A stretch of DNA of 64,000 nt, taken from the NCBI GenBank assembly GCA_041484665.1, contig JBGPIA010000007.1, forward strand, positions 1 through 64,000, given 5' to 3'. The position numbers and the translations under genes were made by a program. Positions 44,912 to 54,892 of this stretch are shown one piece after another. Below the pieces are notes generated by a model. That model was not told the DNA's origin, did not search any database, and was given only the letters and a program-made list of their open reading frames with translations. This DNA comes from Candidatus Krumholzibacteriia bacterium (GTDB lineage Bacteria > Krumholzibacteriota > Krumholzibacteriia > JAJRXK01). Numbering within the stretch: position 1 is the first letter of the stretch; every line of letters begins with the position of its first letter.

Positions 44912-46948
44912 ATGAACCGCGCCCAGGCCCAACCCACTGCCTCGTCCCTCGACCAGCTCTGCGTCAACACGATCCGTACGCTGGCTATGGACGCGGTACA
45001 GAACGCCAACTCCGGCCATCCGGGCATGCCCATGGGGGCGGCGCCCATGGCGTACGTGCTGTGGACGCGCCATCTGCGCCACAACCCCAAGGATCCGGGC
45101 TGGGCCGATCGCGACCGCTTCGTGCTCTCTGCCGGCCACGGCAGCATGCTGCTCTACGCGCTGCTGCACCTGACGGGCTACGACGTCGGTATGAACGACC
45201 TCAAGCGCTTCCGGCAGTGGGGTAGCCGCACGCCGGGCCATCCCGAGCGGCTGCTCACGCCGGGTGTCGAGGCCACCACGGGCCCGCTGGGCCAGGGCAC
45301 GGCAAACGCCGTCGGGATGGCGATCGCCGAGCGCGCGCTGGCGCACCTCTTCAATCGCCCGGACCACGCGATCGTCGATCACTTCACCTTCGCCCTCGTA
45401 TCCGACGGTGATCTGATGGAGGGCGTGTCGGCCGAGGCGTCCTCGCTGGCCGGCCATTTGAAGCTCGGCAAGCTCATCTATCTCTACGACTCCAACGGCG
45501 TCTCGTTGGATGGCCCACTCTCCATGGCGTTCTCCACGGAGGACGTCGCCGAGCGTTACCTGGCGTACGGGTGGCAGGTCCTGCGCGTCGAGGACGGCGA
45601 CCGCGACCTCGCGGCGATCGACCGCGCGCTCAGTGCGGCAAAGGCAGAGACCGCGCGCCCATCGCTGATCATCGTGCGCACGACGATCGGCTACGGCTCG
45701 CCTCACAAGGCAGGAACGTCGGCGGCGCACGGCAGCCCGCTCGGCGCCGAGGAGGTCAAGCTGGCCAAGGCCGCCCTCGGCTGGGATCCAGAGCAGACGT
45801 TCTACGTGCCGGCGGCAGCCCTCGAGCAGTTCCGCGCCGCCGTCGGCCGCGGTGAGCACGCGCAGTCCCAGTGGCAACGGCGGCTCGACGCGTACGCGAC
45901 GGCGTTCCCTCCGCTCGCGGCGCAGTGGCGGCAGGCGACGCGCGGGGAGCTGCCCGAGGGGTGGGGCGCGGCGCTTCCGGCCTGGAAGGCGGGGGCGATG
46001 GTCTCCACGCGCGCAGCCGGCGGGAAGGCGCTCAACGCCATCGCCGCCAAGGTGCCCTGGCTGCTCGGCGGAGATGCAGATCTCTCGTCGTCGACGAAGA
46101 CGGCGCTGGAGGGCGCAGGCGCCTTCGACGGCCAGACCGGAGCGGGGCGCAACATCCACTTCGGTGTGCGCGAGCACGCCATGGGCTCGATCGCCAACGG
46201 CATCGCCTACCATGGCGGCCTGCGCCCCTTCGTCTCGACGTTCTTCGTGTTCTCCGACTACATGCGACCGCCCGTGCGCCTGGCCGCCCTCAGCGAGCTG
46301 CCGGTGATCTGCGTGTGGACCCACGACTCGATCGCCGTGGGAGAGGACGGCCCGACCCATGAGCCCGTAGAGCACCTCATGGCGCTGCGGGCCATCCCCA
46401 ACATGAGCATCGTGCGGCCGGCCGACGCCAACGAGACGGCCGCGGCCTGGCGCTGCGCGATGCTGCACGCCGACGGTCCGGTGGGCCTCGTGCTCAGCCG
46501 ACAGGACCTCCCGGTGTTGGCGGCGACGCCGGACCGGGTCGCCGAGGGCGTCAAGCGTGGCGCGTACGTCGTCTCCGATCCGCCCGCCGGGCAGATCGAC
46601 GCTCTGGCGATCGCCACGGGCTCGGAGGTGCAACTGGCCGTGGCCGCGCAGCAGCTGCTCGCCGCCGAAGGCATCGGCGTGCGCGTGGTCTCGATGCCCT
46701 GCTGGGAGTGGTTCGCCCGGCAGGACGGCGACTACCGTGACAGCGTGCTGCCTCCGCAGGTCGCCGCGCGGGTGTCTGTGGAGGCGGGCGTCTCCTTCGG
46801 CTGGCAGCGCTGGATCGGCCCGCGCGGGATCGCAGTCGGCCTGGATCGCTTCGGCGCGTCGGCGCCCGGCGAGGTAAACCTCGAGAAGCTGGGGTTCACT
46901 GCCCAGCGCGTCGCGGAAGCGATCAAGCAGGTGCTCCAGGTCGTCTGA
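44912..46948 (+). CDS. tkt: Transketolase
   Basis: [66 protein letters not shown]. Confidence 0.97.
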   Translation: MNRAQAQPTASSLDQLCVNTIRTLAMDAVQNANSGHPGMPMGAAPMAYVLWTRHLRHNPKDPGWADRDRFVLSAGHGSMLLYALLHLTGYDVGMNDLKRFRQWGSRTPGHPERLLTPGVEATTGPLGQGTANAVGMAIAERALAHLFNRPDHAIVDHFTFALVSDGDLMEGVSAEASSLAGHLKLGKLIYLYDSNGVSLDGPLSMAFSTEDVAERYLAYGWQVLRVEDGDRDLAAIDRALSAAKAETARPSLIIVRTTIGYGSPHKAGTSAAHGSPLGAEEVKLAKAALGWDPEQTFYVPAAALEQFRAAVGRGEHAQSQWQRRLDAYATAFPPLAAQWRQATRGELPEGWGAALPAWKAGAMVSTRAAGGKALNAIAAKVPWLLGGDADLSSSTKTALEGAGAFDGQTGAGRNIHFGVREHAMGSIANGIAYHGGLRPFVSTFFVFSDYMRPPVRLAALSELPVICVWTHDSIAVGEDGPTHEPVEHLMALRAIPNMSIVRPADANETAAAWRCAMLHADGPVGLVLSRQDLPVLAATPDRVAEGVKRGAYVVSDPPAGQIDALAIATGSEVQLAVAAQQLLAAEGIGVRVVSMPCWEWFARQDGDYRDSVLPPQVAARVSVEAGVSFGWQRWIGPRGIAVGLDRFGASAPGEVNLEKLGFTAQRVAEAIKQVLQVV

Positions 46949-47133
46949 CTCACCCCGGTCGACCGGGGGCCGGCGGTCTGGCAGGGCGGTCTGCCCGGCG
47001 GGGCGCAAGCGCCGCCGACGCCGCTGCGCCTCGCCCGGGGGGCTGCCGAGCATCCCCGATCACGGACCTTCGCTGCCCCGGCTCACCTCTCCCGTAACGC
47101 ATCGGGCGGCGAGTAGCCCGCGGTCCCCTGCCC

Positions 47134-47242
47134 CCATGGCCGACGTTCGCATCCGACCATCTCCCGCCCAGGACGCACGTGGCCTGGATCGGACCCCGCG
47201 ACGTCCCAAGACCCAAGCCTCCATCGCCGACGTTCGCATCCG
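47134..47242. repeat. 22-bp direct repeat pair 87 bp apart
   Basis: CCATGGCCGACGTTCGCATCCG (47134) and CCATCGCCGACGTTCGCATCCG (47221). Confidence 0.7.
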
Positions 47243-47704
47243 GCTTGTTTCACACTCTGGGCCTGCGGCTCATATGGGTCGCTCGAACGACACGCCCGCG
47301 GTGCAAGCTGAGCGCGCCCGCTAAGCCGCAGCAGCCCGCCGCCCTCGGACCGCCCGAGGGAGCGCCAGTCGCCGGGAACCGTGGCGGCCCCCTGGGCCCC
47401 GCCCAAGCGCGGCATCCTGGCGAATCCTCTCGATTGCAACGAGGCGGATGGGAGAGCATCTCCCATGCCAGACGGGCGTTTGGAGATCAGACTGAAATCT
47501 ATTGAAAATAAACAGTTTAGTCGATCGAAGGACAACCGACCGTCAACGCGCGGCACCCGCGGTGTCACCCTCGCCGGGCACCGCGTCACGAGGCGGTCGC
47601 ATGGGTCCATCAAGTTGATGCACGCCAACGCGTTCGCGCCGCACAGGCCAGCTCTCCTGAGTTCAGGGCACTTTCCGGGCATCAGGACACTCGCCGGAGC
47701 GCCG

Positions 47705-49564
47705 TCAGCCCGTGCGCGCTCCGCGCGCCGAGGCGGACCCCCTCGGCGGGTAATCGAGCGTCCCGTCCATCTCCGACACCGTCGCGGCCGGCATCTCGGG
47801 GATGGGCAGCGCGCCCTGCTGGCGCAGAGCATCCACCTGCTGCTCCGCAAGCGAGGTGCGCTGGGGGTCCGTGCCCCGGTCTCGGCCCAGATAGAGAGTC
47901 TGCGCCGGAACGGCGATGCCCGTTCCGCTCGACTGCAGGACCTCCATCACGCGCAGCAGGACGTCCTCGCGAACCGCACTAAACTCGTGCAAGTCCTTCG
48001 TGCGAACGAAGCCGAGCAGCTCCACGTCCAGCGAGGAGATCCCCAGGCCGACGAAGCGCACCCGCGACGAGTCGGTAACGACGCGGGGGTGCGCGACCAG
48101 CAGCTTCTTGAGCTCGACGAGCACGTAGCGCAGCTGATCGGGGGTGGTCTCGCAGCGCAGGCCCACGCGCAACAACAGCCGGAACTGATCGCGGCGCCCG
48201 AGGTTCTCGATCTGCATGCTGGCGAACTCGCCGTTGGGGATGGCCACCACCGTCCGGTCGAGGGTGCGAATGCGCGTGGAGCGCAGTCCAATATCCTCGA
48301 CCGTGCCCTCGACGCTGCCGATCCGGCAGGCGTCCCCGACGCGCACGGGCTGGTCCATGATCACGGCGATCCCGCCGAAGAAGTTCTCGAACGTCTTCTG
48401 CGCCGCGAGCGCCACGGCCAGTCCGCCCACGCCCAGGCTCGCGACCAGGCCGGTCACCTGCACGCCCAGATTCTGCAGCAGGCCGATGAAGGCCAGGGTG
48501 CCCAGCGCGACCTTCACGGTCCGGCGGCCGAGCGGGAGCACCGAGACCGCGGCGGTCTTTCCCTGAGCCTGCAGCTGGGCCTCGAGCATGGCCGAGCAGA
48601 GATCGACCAAGCGGATCGCGATCCAGGTGACCGCGATGACCGTGATGCCGGCCTGGACCGCCCGCAGCGCCGTATGCACGGGCACCGAGAGGCCCACGAA
48701 CAGCGTGCCGATCGAGAACGCCGCCACCCATGCGCCCACGCGCAGGGGCCCAACCATCATCTCCAGGAGCCGGTCGTCGAAGGTGATTTGCGTGCGCCGG
48801 ACGAGTGGGCGCAGGACCGCGTAGACGATCGACTGGGCGATCCAGGCCACGCCCATCGCCACGAAGATGAGAACCAGCAGCCCGAGCCACTGCCACAATC
48901 GCATCTCCAGGAAGCGGATTCTGACGAGTGGTGCGGGCAGCAGTTTCTCGATCGGTCCATTGCCGAACTCGCCGTAGAGGAATGGGATGCGCGTCACCGT
49001 CGACAAGGAGAACCGCCAGCGGGGCGTTTCATCCGGATCGAAGACGCGCTGCAGCAGGATGTCCACGGAGCCGCGCGAGGTCGCGATGGTCCCGACCCGC
49101 TCGAAATCGTCGGGCAGCCCATCGTCGAGCTCCCCCGCGGGCGCGTCGCTGAGCACGTCGAGATCGATCCACAATTTCTGGTCGAGCACCGTCTTGAGCT
49201 GCTCGGCGAGCACCGGGCCCTCGGCCACGCGCTGGAGCGCGGGGACGTGGCGCAAGTCCAGGAACCCGGCGGCGTGCCGGTAGTCACCGGCGCGGCACGC
49301 CTCGAGGTAGGACAGGACCACTTCGCGGGGTACGTCGCGCAGCGGCTCGTCGGGAAGGGCTCCCACGCGAGTCTGCGTGCTCGACGCAATGGCGGCACCG
49401 GCGGATGCTGCGGCGGGCGTGGTCGCGCGCTCCTGGGCCAGCGGCGCGCTCGTCATCAGGGCGTCCCACGCACCAGCGATCAGCAGAGCGCTCAACAGAG
49501 CGCTGGTCAGAGCGCTCACCGCCGATCGCTGCGTGACGAACCGCAGGTCGCGTCGCATCACCAT
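47705..49564 (-). CDS. Mechanosensitive channel, MscS family, with periplasmic N-terminal domain
   Basis: LGVGGLAVALAAQKTFENFFGG, DQPVRVGD, GTVEDIGLRSTRIRT.DRT.V.IPN. Signal peptide and soluble N-domain. Confidence 0.92.
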   Translation of the reverse strand: MVMRRDLRFVTQRSAVSALTSALLSALLIAGAWDALMTSAPLAQERATTPAAASAGAAIASSTQTRVGALPDEPLRDVPREVVLSYLEACRAGDYRHAAGFLDLRHVPALQRVAEGPVLAEQLKTVLDQKLWIDLDVLSDAPAGELDDGLPDDFERVGTIATSRGSVDILLQRVFDPDETPRWRFSLSTVTRIPFLYGEFGNGPIEKLLPAPLVRIRFLEMRLWQWLGLLVLIFVAMGVAWIAQSIVYAVLRPLVRRTQITFDDRLLEMMVGPLRVGAWVAAFSIGTLFVGLSVPVHTALRAVQAGITVIAVTWIAIRLVDLCSAMLEAQLQAQGKTAAVSVLPLGRRTVKVALGTLAFIGLLQNLGVQVTGLVASLGVGGLAVALAAQKTFENFFGGIAVIMDQPVRVGDACRIGSVEGTVEDIGLRSTRIRTLDRTVVAIPNGEFASMQIENLGRRDQFRLLLRVGLRCETTPDQLRYVLVELKKLLVAHPRVVTDSSRVRFVGLGISSLDVELLGFVRTKDLHEFSAVREDVLLRVMEVLQSSGTGIAVPAQTLYLGRDRGTDPQRTSLAEQQVDALRQQGALPIPEMPAATVSEMDGTLDYPPRGSASARGARTG

Positions 49565-49576
49565 GGAACCCAGACC

Positions 49577-50467
49577 TCAACCGGCTGCGGCGCGCGCGCG
49601 AGGCCGGGCGACGAGCTGCCGCGCGACGAGCAGGACCTTCTCCGCCGGCGACAGGCCAACGGTGCGCTCCAGCACCACTTCGGGCTTCGCCGCGATGCGC
49701 CGCAAGATCTCCTGGTAGACCCCGGCCATCAGCCGCGCCGCGAGCCGCGCGTCGTCGTGCAATGCGTCGGAGAGCGGCGCCGCCTCGGCGTAGAAGCGTT
49801 GGGCGCGAGCCACGTTCACGCGCATGACGGCCAGGAAGCCCGGCGAGCTGTGTCCGGCCGCCAGGTCCCGCTCGCGGACACCGAAGCGCGCAAGCTCGTC
49901 GTGCGGCAGGTAGCAGCGACCACCGCGGGCGTCCTCGCCCACGTCCCGCAGGATGTTGGTGAGCTGCAGACCGAGGCTGAGGCTTCGCCCGCAGGTGTGG
50001 GCGCGCTCGTCCTTGGCGCCGAAGATGGCGATGCAGATGCGCCCGATCGACTCCGCCACCAACGCACAATAGCCCAGCAGATCTTCGATCGTCGCGTAAC
50101 GCCGCGCCGAGAGATCCTCTCGGCAGCCCTGGATCAAGGCCGCGAAGGCCTCCTGCGGGATCGGGTAGGCGGACAGCACGTCGGCCAGCGCCAGACCGAT
50201 CGGATGTTGCGGGCGACCGGCGTATACGTCGGCGAGCTCGCGCTCCCAGGCGCCAAGCAGCTCGTGCGCCGAGACGCCGGGCGGATGCAGGCCGGACTGC
50301 GGATGGTCCGCAGCGTCGTCCGCATAGCGGCAGAAGGCGTACGACGCATAGACGGCGCGGCGCTTGAGTGTCGGCAGGAAGCGGAAGCCCACGTTGAAAT
50401 TCGCGCCGCGTTGCTCGGCGATGCGGCGGCAGAAGGCGTGGGCCTGCGCGAGATCCGATGCGCTCAA
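49577..50467 (-). CDS. Squalene/phytoene synthase family protein (HpnD/CrtB-like)
   Basis: YAFCRYADDAAD (DDxxD), YC..VA..IG, LQLTNILRDVGED, GRCYLP. TTG 50467 overlaps the upstream stop. Confidence 0.88.
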   Translation of the reverse strand: MSASDLAQAHAFCRRIAEQRGANFNVGFRFLPTLKRRAVYASYAFCRYADDAADHPQSGLHPPGVSAHELLGAWERELADVYAGRPQHPIGLALADVLSAYPIPQEAFAALIQGCREDLSARRYATIEDLLGYCALVAESIGRICIAIFGAKDERAHTCGRSLSLGLQLTNILRDVGEDARGGRCYLPHDELARFGVRERDLAAGHSSPGFLAVMRVNVARAQRFYAEAAPLSDALHDDARLAARLMAGVYQEILRRIAAKPEVVLERTVGLSPAEKVLLVARQLVARPRARAAAG

Positions 50468-51669
50468 TGGGCCTGCTCCTGGGCTTGGGCCAGCAGCTCC
50501 ACCAACTCCTCGGGGGTCGCCTGGATCCGGCGCGCGCGGCACCAATGGACGCCGAGACGATGGCTGCACGCGGCGGCCCCGGCAATGACTGAACCACCAG
50601 CGCGGCCAGCCCCGCGGCCACCGCCGCGGCCGGCGCCCCAGCGCCACCGCACCCACGGCAGCAGCGCTCGCTTCAGCCCATGTGCCGCGTACAGGCCATC
50701 GAGCGTGGCACGGAGGTCACGCCCCCGCAGCGCCCCGACCATCCGCGCGCTGCCGCCGGGAGCATGCTCGAAGAGATAGCGATCGACAAGGCTTGCTAGC
50801 ATGCGGCGCCTCATCTGCGCGCCCCACAGCCGGTCATAGCTCTCGCCATCGGCCAGCGCCTGCCCCGCCAGTGCCCCCGACACGAGTGCCGGCCGCAGCC
50901 CCAACCCGAATAGGTAGTCCTGGAAGCCGCCGGCCTCGCCCACATGCGGACGGCCATCGACGGTTGCTGACGCCGGCAGGCAGAAGCTCATGGGGTAGCG
51001 TGCCGTTCTCGGTTCGCGGATGTCCACGGCCTGCTGCTGTGCGAAGCGCGCGAGCGCCGCCTCGAGCATGCGCTGCAGCTCGCGGAATCCCGCCACGACG
51101 GCCACTCCCAGCGTGCCGCGCCCGTCGCGGATCATCAGGTAGCCGTAGCCTCCCGGAGTGACCGTATCGTCGAAGAGGACTTCGGTGCGGTCGGGCGAGT
51201 CCGTGCGGAACAGCGCCTCCAACGCGAGCCCATCCACGCTGGCGGGGCCCGTGGCCACGACGTCGGCTTGGGCCAGCGGGAGCCGGCTGTCCGTGTGCAG
51301 CACGACACCCAACTGCGTGGCGTGGCGCGCCAGCGCCGAGTCCAGCGTGCCGGGCTGGGGTCCGCGGCGGATCAGGAGCGCGTAGGGCTCGGCGCTGTGC
51401 AGCTCCACGTGCCTGCCCTGCTGGTGCACGAAGCGTGCGTCCTGCAGGGGCTGCAGCTCGAGGTCGGCGCTGCGCAGCCCCGCGCCCAGGAGCAGCTCGA
51501 AGCCGTGGGGGGACTCGCCGAAGCAGGGCAGGATCTGGAAGCCACCGCCGAAGCGCCCGCCGATCGCGGAGCGCTGTTCGTGGACCTCGGCCTGGATGCC
51601 GCGCTGCGCCAGAGCAATCGCGCACGCGAGCCCGGCAGGTCCGGCGCCGGCAATGCGCACCACAGCCAT
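50464..51669 (-). CDS. FAD/NAD(P)-dependent oxidoreductase, geranylgeranyl-reductase-like
   Basis: IAGAGPAGLACA Rossmann motif, RRG...GTLD, PGGYGYL, VGEAGGFQDYLFGLG..A..SG..A. C-terminal CSH....WCR. Confidence 0.75.
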   Translation of the reverse strand: MAVVRIAGAGPAGLACAIALAQRGIQAEVHEQRSAIGGRFGGGFQILPCFGESPHGFELLLGAGLRSADLELQPLQDARFVHQQGRHVELHSAEPYALLIRRGPQPGTLDSALARHATQLGVVLHTDSRLPLAQADVVATGPASVDGLALEALFRTDSPDRTEVLFDDTVTPGGYGYLMIRDGRGTLGVAVVAGFRELQRMLEAALARFAQQQAVDIREPRTARYPMSFCLPASATVDGRPHVGEAGGFQDYLFGLGLRPALVSGALAGQALADGESYDRLWGAQMRRRMLASLVDRYLFEHAPGGSARMVGALRGRDLRATLDGLYAAHGLKRALLPWVRWRWGAGRGGGRGAGRAGGSVIAGAAACSHRLGVHWCRARRIQATPEELVELLAQAQEQAH

Positions 51670-51676
51670 CGGCGCG

Positions 51677-53707
51677 TCAGGCGAGCACGCTGGCCGGCAT
51701 CCGGGCCGGCACGGGAGAGGACTCGATGAACCGCTCGTGCCACAGCTGGAAGATGAGCAGCGACCAGATCTGGAAGCTGTTGTCGGCTCGCATCTCCATG
51801 TGGTCGCGCAGCAGTCGCTGCACGACTGGCAGGCGGAGCAACCCGTGGCGGCGCAGGCGGCTCTCCGCCAGCAGGTCCAGGGCCATGGGGCGCAGCGCCC
51901 CGCGCAGCCAGACGTTCTTGGGGACGTTGAAGCCGGCCTTCTTGCGGTAGAGCAGCTCGCGGTCGACGTACGGCAACAGCGCCTTCTTGAGCAGGTACTT
52001 GCGCACGCGCCCCTTGAATTTGACGTGACTGGGAACGCTCGCGGCGAACTCCACGAGCCGGTAGTCGAGGAAAGGCACGCGCGCCTCCAACGAGACGGCC
52101 ATGCTCATGCGGTCGACCTTCACCAGCATGTCGCTGGGCAGGTAGAAGCGCGTATCGACGTAGAGCATGCGCGCCAGCGGGTCGTCGGAGCCGGATGCAT
52201 CGAAGTAGTGGCGCCAGCGCTCGAACGTGGTGGTGCCCGCGCCGCTGCGGCTTCGCCCGGCGGCGCCACCGTTACCGCCCACGCTGCCGCCGGAAACCCC
52301 GGTGGCCTCGCCCGCCGCGACGTCGGCCCGGCCGACCCCGCCCGCCACCGCTCCGTCGGCCAGCAGCTCGCGCTTGGCCTCCTCGGTGAAGATCGTACGC
52401 CAGAAGAAGTGGGCCTCGTCGGCTGGGAGCTCTGCTCCCTCCACGAAGCGGCGCGCCTTGAACTCGAAGCTGATCTTCTTGCTGCTCATAGGCAGCGCGT
52501 GCACCAGCGGCGCGATGACGCCGCGGCGCAGCATGCGCGGCAACAGGCGGTAGGCCTTGCGGGCCCAGTACGCGTTGTAGGTCTCGTAGCCGGCAAACAG
52601 CTCGTCGCCACCGTCGCCGCTGAGCACCATGGTGACGTGTTCGCGCGCGAGCTTGCTCACCAGAAGCACAGGTATGGCCGAGCTGTCCGCCGTGGGCTCC
52701 TCGCTGTGATAGACCAGCCAGGGCAACAGCTCCTCGACGTTGGGTTTGACCGTCAGCTCGTGGTGGTCGGTGTGGTACCGCTGGGCGATCCGCCGCGCAT
52801 AGGGGAGCTCATCGAACGACGCCTCGCCGAAGCCGATGGAGAAGGTCTTCACCGGCTCGTTCATGTGGCGCGCCATCATGGCCACCACCGCGCTGCTGTC
52901 GATGCCACCCGAGAGGAACGCTCCGAACGGCACGTCGCTCACCAGGCGCATGCGGACGCTGTCCTCCAGCAGCTCGATGGCGCGCTCGACAGCGCGCTCC
53001 TGGGTCCACTGTGGGTCGGCGGTGAAGCGTAGGTCCCACCAGATCTTGCGGCGCAGCCCGGCGGTGGTGAGCACCGCCAACTCTCCGGGCAGCAGCTGCT
53101 CGATGCCGGCGAAGAGGGTCCGCCCCGGCGGCAGATAGTTGAGCCCCAGGTAATCGCCGAGCGACTCGCGATCGATGGCGCGCGGAACGCCGGGGTACTG
53201 GAGGATGGCTTTGATCTCACTGCCCCACAGCCAGGTGCCGCCGTCTTGCGGCAGCCGCGTGAAGAACAGCGGCTTGATCCCCAGCCGGTCGCGCGCCAGG
53301 AGCACCGTGCGCGCGCGGAAGTCGGCGATGGCGAACGCGAACATGCCGTTGAGACGGTGCAGCATCTCCTCGCCCACGTCCTCGTAGAGGTGGACGAGGA
53401 CCTCGGTGTCGCTTTGGGTGGCGAAGCGGTGGCCCTTGCGCTCCAACTCGGCGCGCAGCTCGCGGTAGTTGTAGATCTCGCCGTTGAAGACGATGGCGAC
53501 GGTGCGATCCTCGTTGAAGATGGGCTGGTCGCCGCCGGCGAGGTCGATGATCTTCAACCGCCGCATGCCCAGAGCGATCCCGTCGCGGCAGAGCATGCCG
53601 TCACTGTCGGGCCCGCGGTGGACGATGGCGTCGCACATGGCGCGCAACACGGCCGCATTGGGCTGCGGTCCGCGCTGCTGATGGAAGAATCCGGCGATGC
53701 CGCACAT
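51677..53707 (-). CDS. asnB: Asparagine synthase (glutamine-hydrolysing) family amidotransferase, copy 1
   Basis: MCGIAG, HRGPD, RLKIID, NGEIYN, SDTEV, LSGGIDSS, LSGDGGDELFAGY, KVDRMSM..SLEARVPFLD. Gly/Ala-rich insertion at ~52230-52360. Confidence 0.93.
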   Translation of the reverse strand: MCGIAGFFHQQRGPQPNAAVLRAMCDAIVHRGPDSDGMLCRDGIALGMRRLKIIDLAGGDQPIFNEDRTVAIVFNGEIYNYRELRAELERKGHRFATQSDTEVLVHLYEDVGEEMLHRLNGMFAFAIADFRARTVLLARDRLGIKPLFFTRLPQDGGTWLWGSEIKAILQYPGVPRAIDRESLGDYLGLNYLPPGRTLFAGIEQLLPGELAVLTTAGLRRKIWWDLRFTADPQWTQERAVERAIELLEDSVRMRLVSDVPFGAFLSGGIDSSAVVAMMARHMNEPVKTFSIGFGEASFDELPYARRIAQRYHTDHHELTVKPNVEELLPWLVYHSEEPTADSSAIPVLLVSKLAREHVTMVLSGDGGDELFAGYETYNAYWARKAYRLLPRMLRRGVIAPLVHALPMSSKKISFEFKARRFVEGAELPADEAHFFWRTIFTEEAKRELLADGAVAGGVGRADVAAGEATGVSGGSVGGNGGAAGRSRSGAGTTTFERWRHYFDASGSDDPLARMLYVDTRFYLPSDMLVKVDRMSMAVSLEARVPFLDYRLVEFAASVPSHVKFKGRVRKYLLKKALLPYVDRELLYRKKAGFNVPKNVWLRGALRPMALDLLAESRLRRHGLLRLPVVQRLLRDHMEMRADNSFQIWSLLIFQLWHERFIESSPVPARMPASVLA

Positions 53708-53731
53708 GGCTCAACAGGGGCGCCTGGCGCC

Positions 53732-54697
53732 TCAAAGGTTGCTGTCTTCCCAGTGGAACGTGGCCTGATCGCGTCGCATGGCCGCGACCTGGTCGGTGAG
53801 CAGCCCGAAGAAGAAGATGATCAGTGCCGACACCAGCAGGAACAATGCGCCCACGGACAGCCCGCGCCCGCTCAGCAGGAACGGGATTCCCCACACCACG
53901 CCCAGCGCCGCCAGCACCGCGCTGGTCGGGAAGAACACCCGGAAGGGGTCCAGCAGCGTGATCAGCCGCAGGATCAAGAGCACCGTGCGCGCGCCGTCCT
54001 TGAACGGCTTCACGGTGCTCTGGCCCACGCGCGCCTCGATCACCGTGGGCACGAACTTCACGGCGTGCCCCTGCTTGAGGAAGAGCAGGGTCGTGGTCGT
54101 GCTGGCCGAGAATCCGTCGGGCAACAGGTGGATGTAGCGCATGAGCACGTCACGCTTGATGGCGCGGAAGCCGCAGTTGAGGTCGGGGATGCGCTGGCGC
54201 GCGAGGTAGTTGGCGACCATCGCCAGCACCTGCTTGCCGATCACCCGGTCGCGCGGCACGTGGCTGCGGCTGTCCCGCCAGCCGGTGGCCATGTCGTACT
54301 CGGGGATGAACGAGAGCATGGTACGGATGTCACCGGCGTTGAACTGCCCGTCGGCGTCGTAGAACAGCACGAGCGGGTGCCGGGCGGAGCGCACGCCGTC
54401 CTTGAGGCTGCCGCCGTAGCCCTTGTTGCGCGGGTGGGTGATGACGCGCGCTCCCGCGGCGCGGGCGATGTCGCCCGTGCCGTCCACGCTGCAGTCGTCG
54501 ACCACGATCACCTCGAACGGGCGCCCCAGCTGCTCGAGCTGCCCGATGACCGTGCGCACCACGACGCCGACCCCGTCCGCCTCGTTGAATGCAGGGATGA
54601 TGACGCTGACGCCCGGGTCGGCGGCCTGCGCGCCCTCGCCGACCGCGGCGGGCCGGGGGCGTTGGGTCGAGACGGTGGAGGATGGGGTCGTGCTCAT
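53732..54697 (-). CDS. Glycosyltransferase family 2 (polyprenol-phosphate glycosyltransferase-like)
   Basis: SVIIPAFNE, VVDDCSVDGT, NKGYG, DADGQ, DLNCGFR. Two C-terminal TM helices. Confidence 0.9.
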   Translation of the reverse strand: MSTTPSSTVSTQRPRPAAVGEGAQAADPGVSVIIPAFNEADGVGVVVRTVIGQLEQLGRPFEVIVVDDCSVDGTGDIARAAGARVITHPRNKGYGGSLKDGVRSARHPLVLFYDADGQFNAGDIRTMLSFIPEYDMATGWRDSRSHVPRDRVIGKQVLAMVANYLARQRIPDLNCGFRAIKRDVLMRYIHLLPDGFSASTTTTLLFLKQGHAVKFVPTVIEARVGQSTVKPFKDGARTVLLILRLITLLDPFRVFFPTSAVLAALGVVWGIPFLLSGRGLSVGALFLLVSALIIFFFGLLTDQVAAMRRDQATFHWEDSNL

Positions 54698-54892
54698 CGT
54701 TCTCAACAGCGCCCCGACGCCGCCCGGGAGCTCGCCCCTGCCCGGTGGGGCGTCGAGCGGGGTCTGCGAAGGCCAGCGCGGCAGGCGGCGCGCGCCCCGG
54801 TCCGAAAACCCCAGGATTCTAAAGCAATTGTCGCCGTCCTGCCTAGCGTGCCGGGGGTGGGCAAGTGTGGAGCGCGCGCCTACATTGGGCCC

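Noticed and set aside
47134..47242. Mini-CRISPR from the 22-bp repeat pair
   Set aside because: Only two copies, a 65-bp spacer, no third unit in register and no cas genes.
47381..50779. Long alternative ORFs (47381-50779 +, 2589-4907 +, 10448-12754 +, 44588-47053 -, 22735-24669 +, and the 5' part of 53246-56320 +)
   Set aside because: Antisense or off-frame shadows of well-supported genes, expected at this GC content; no motifs.
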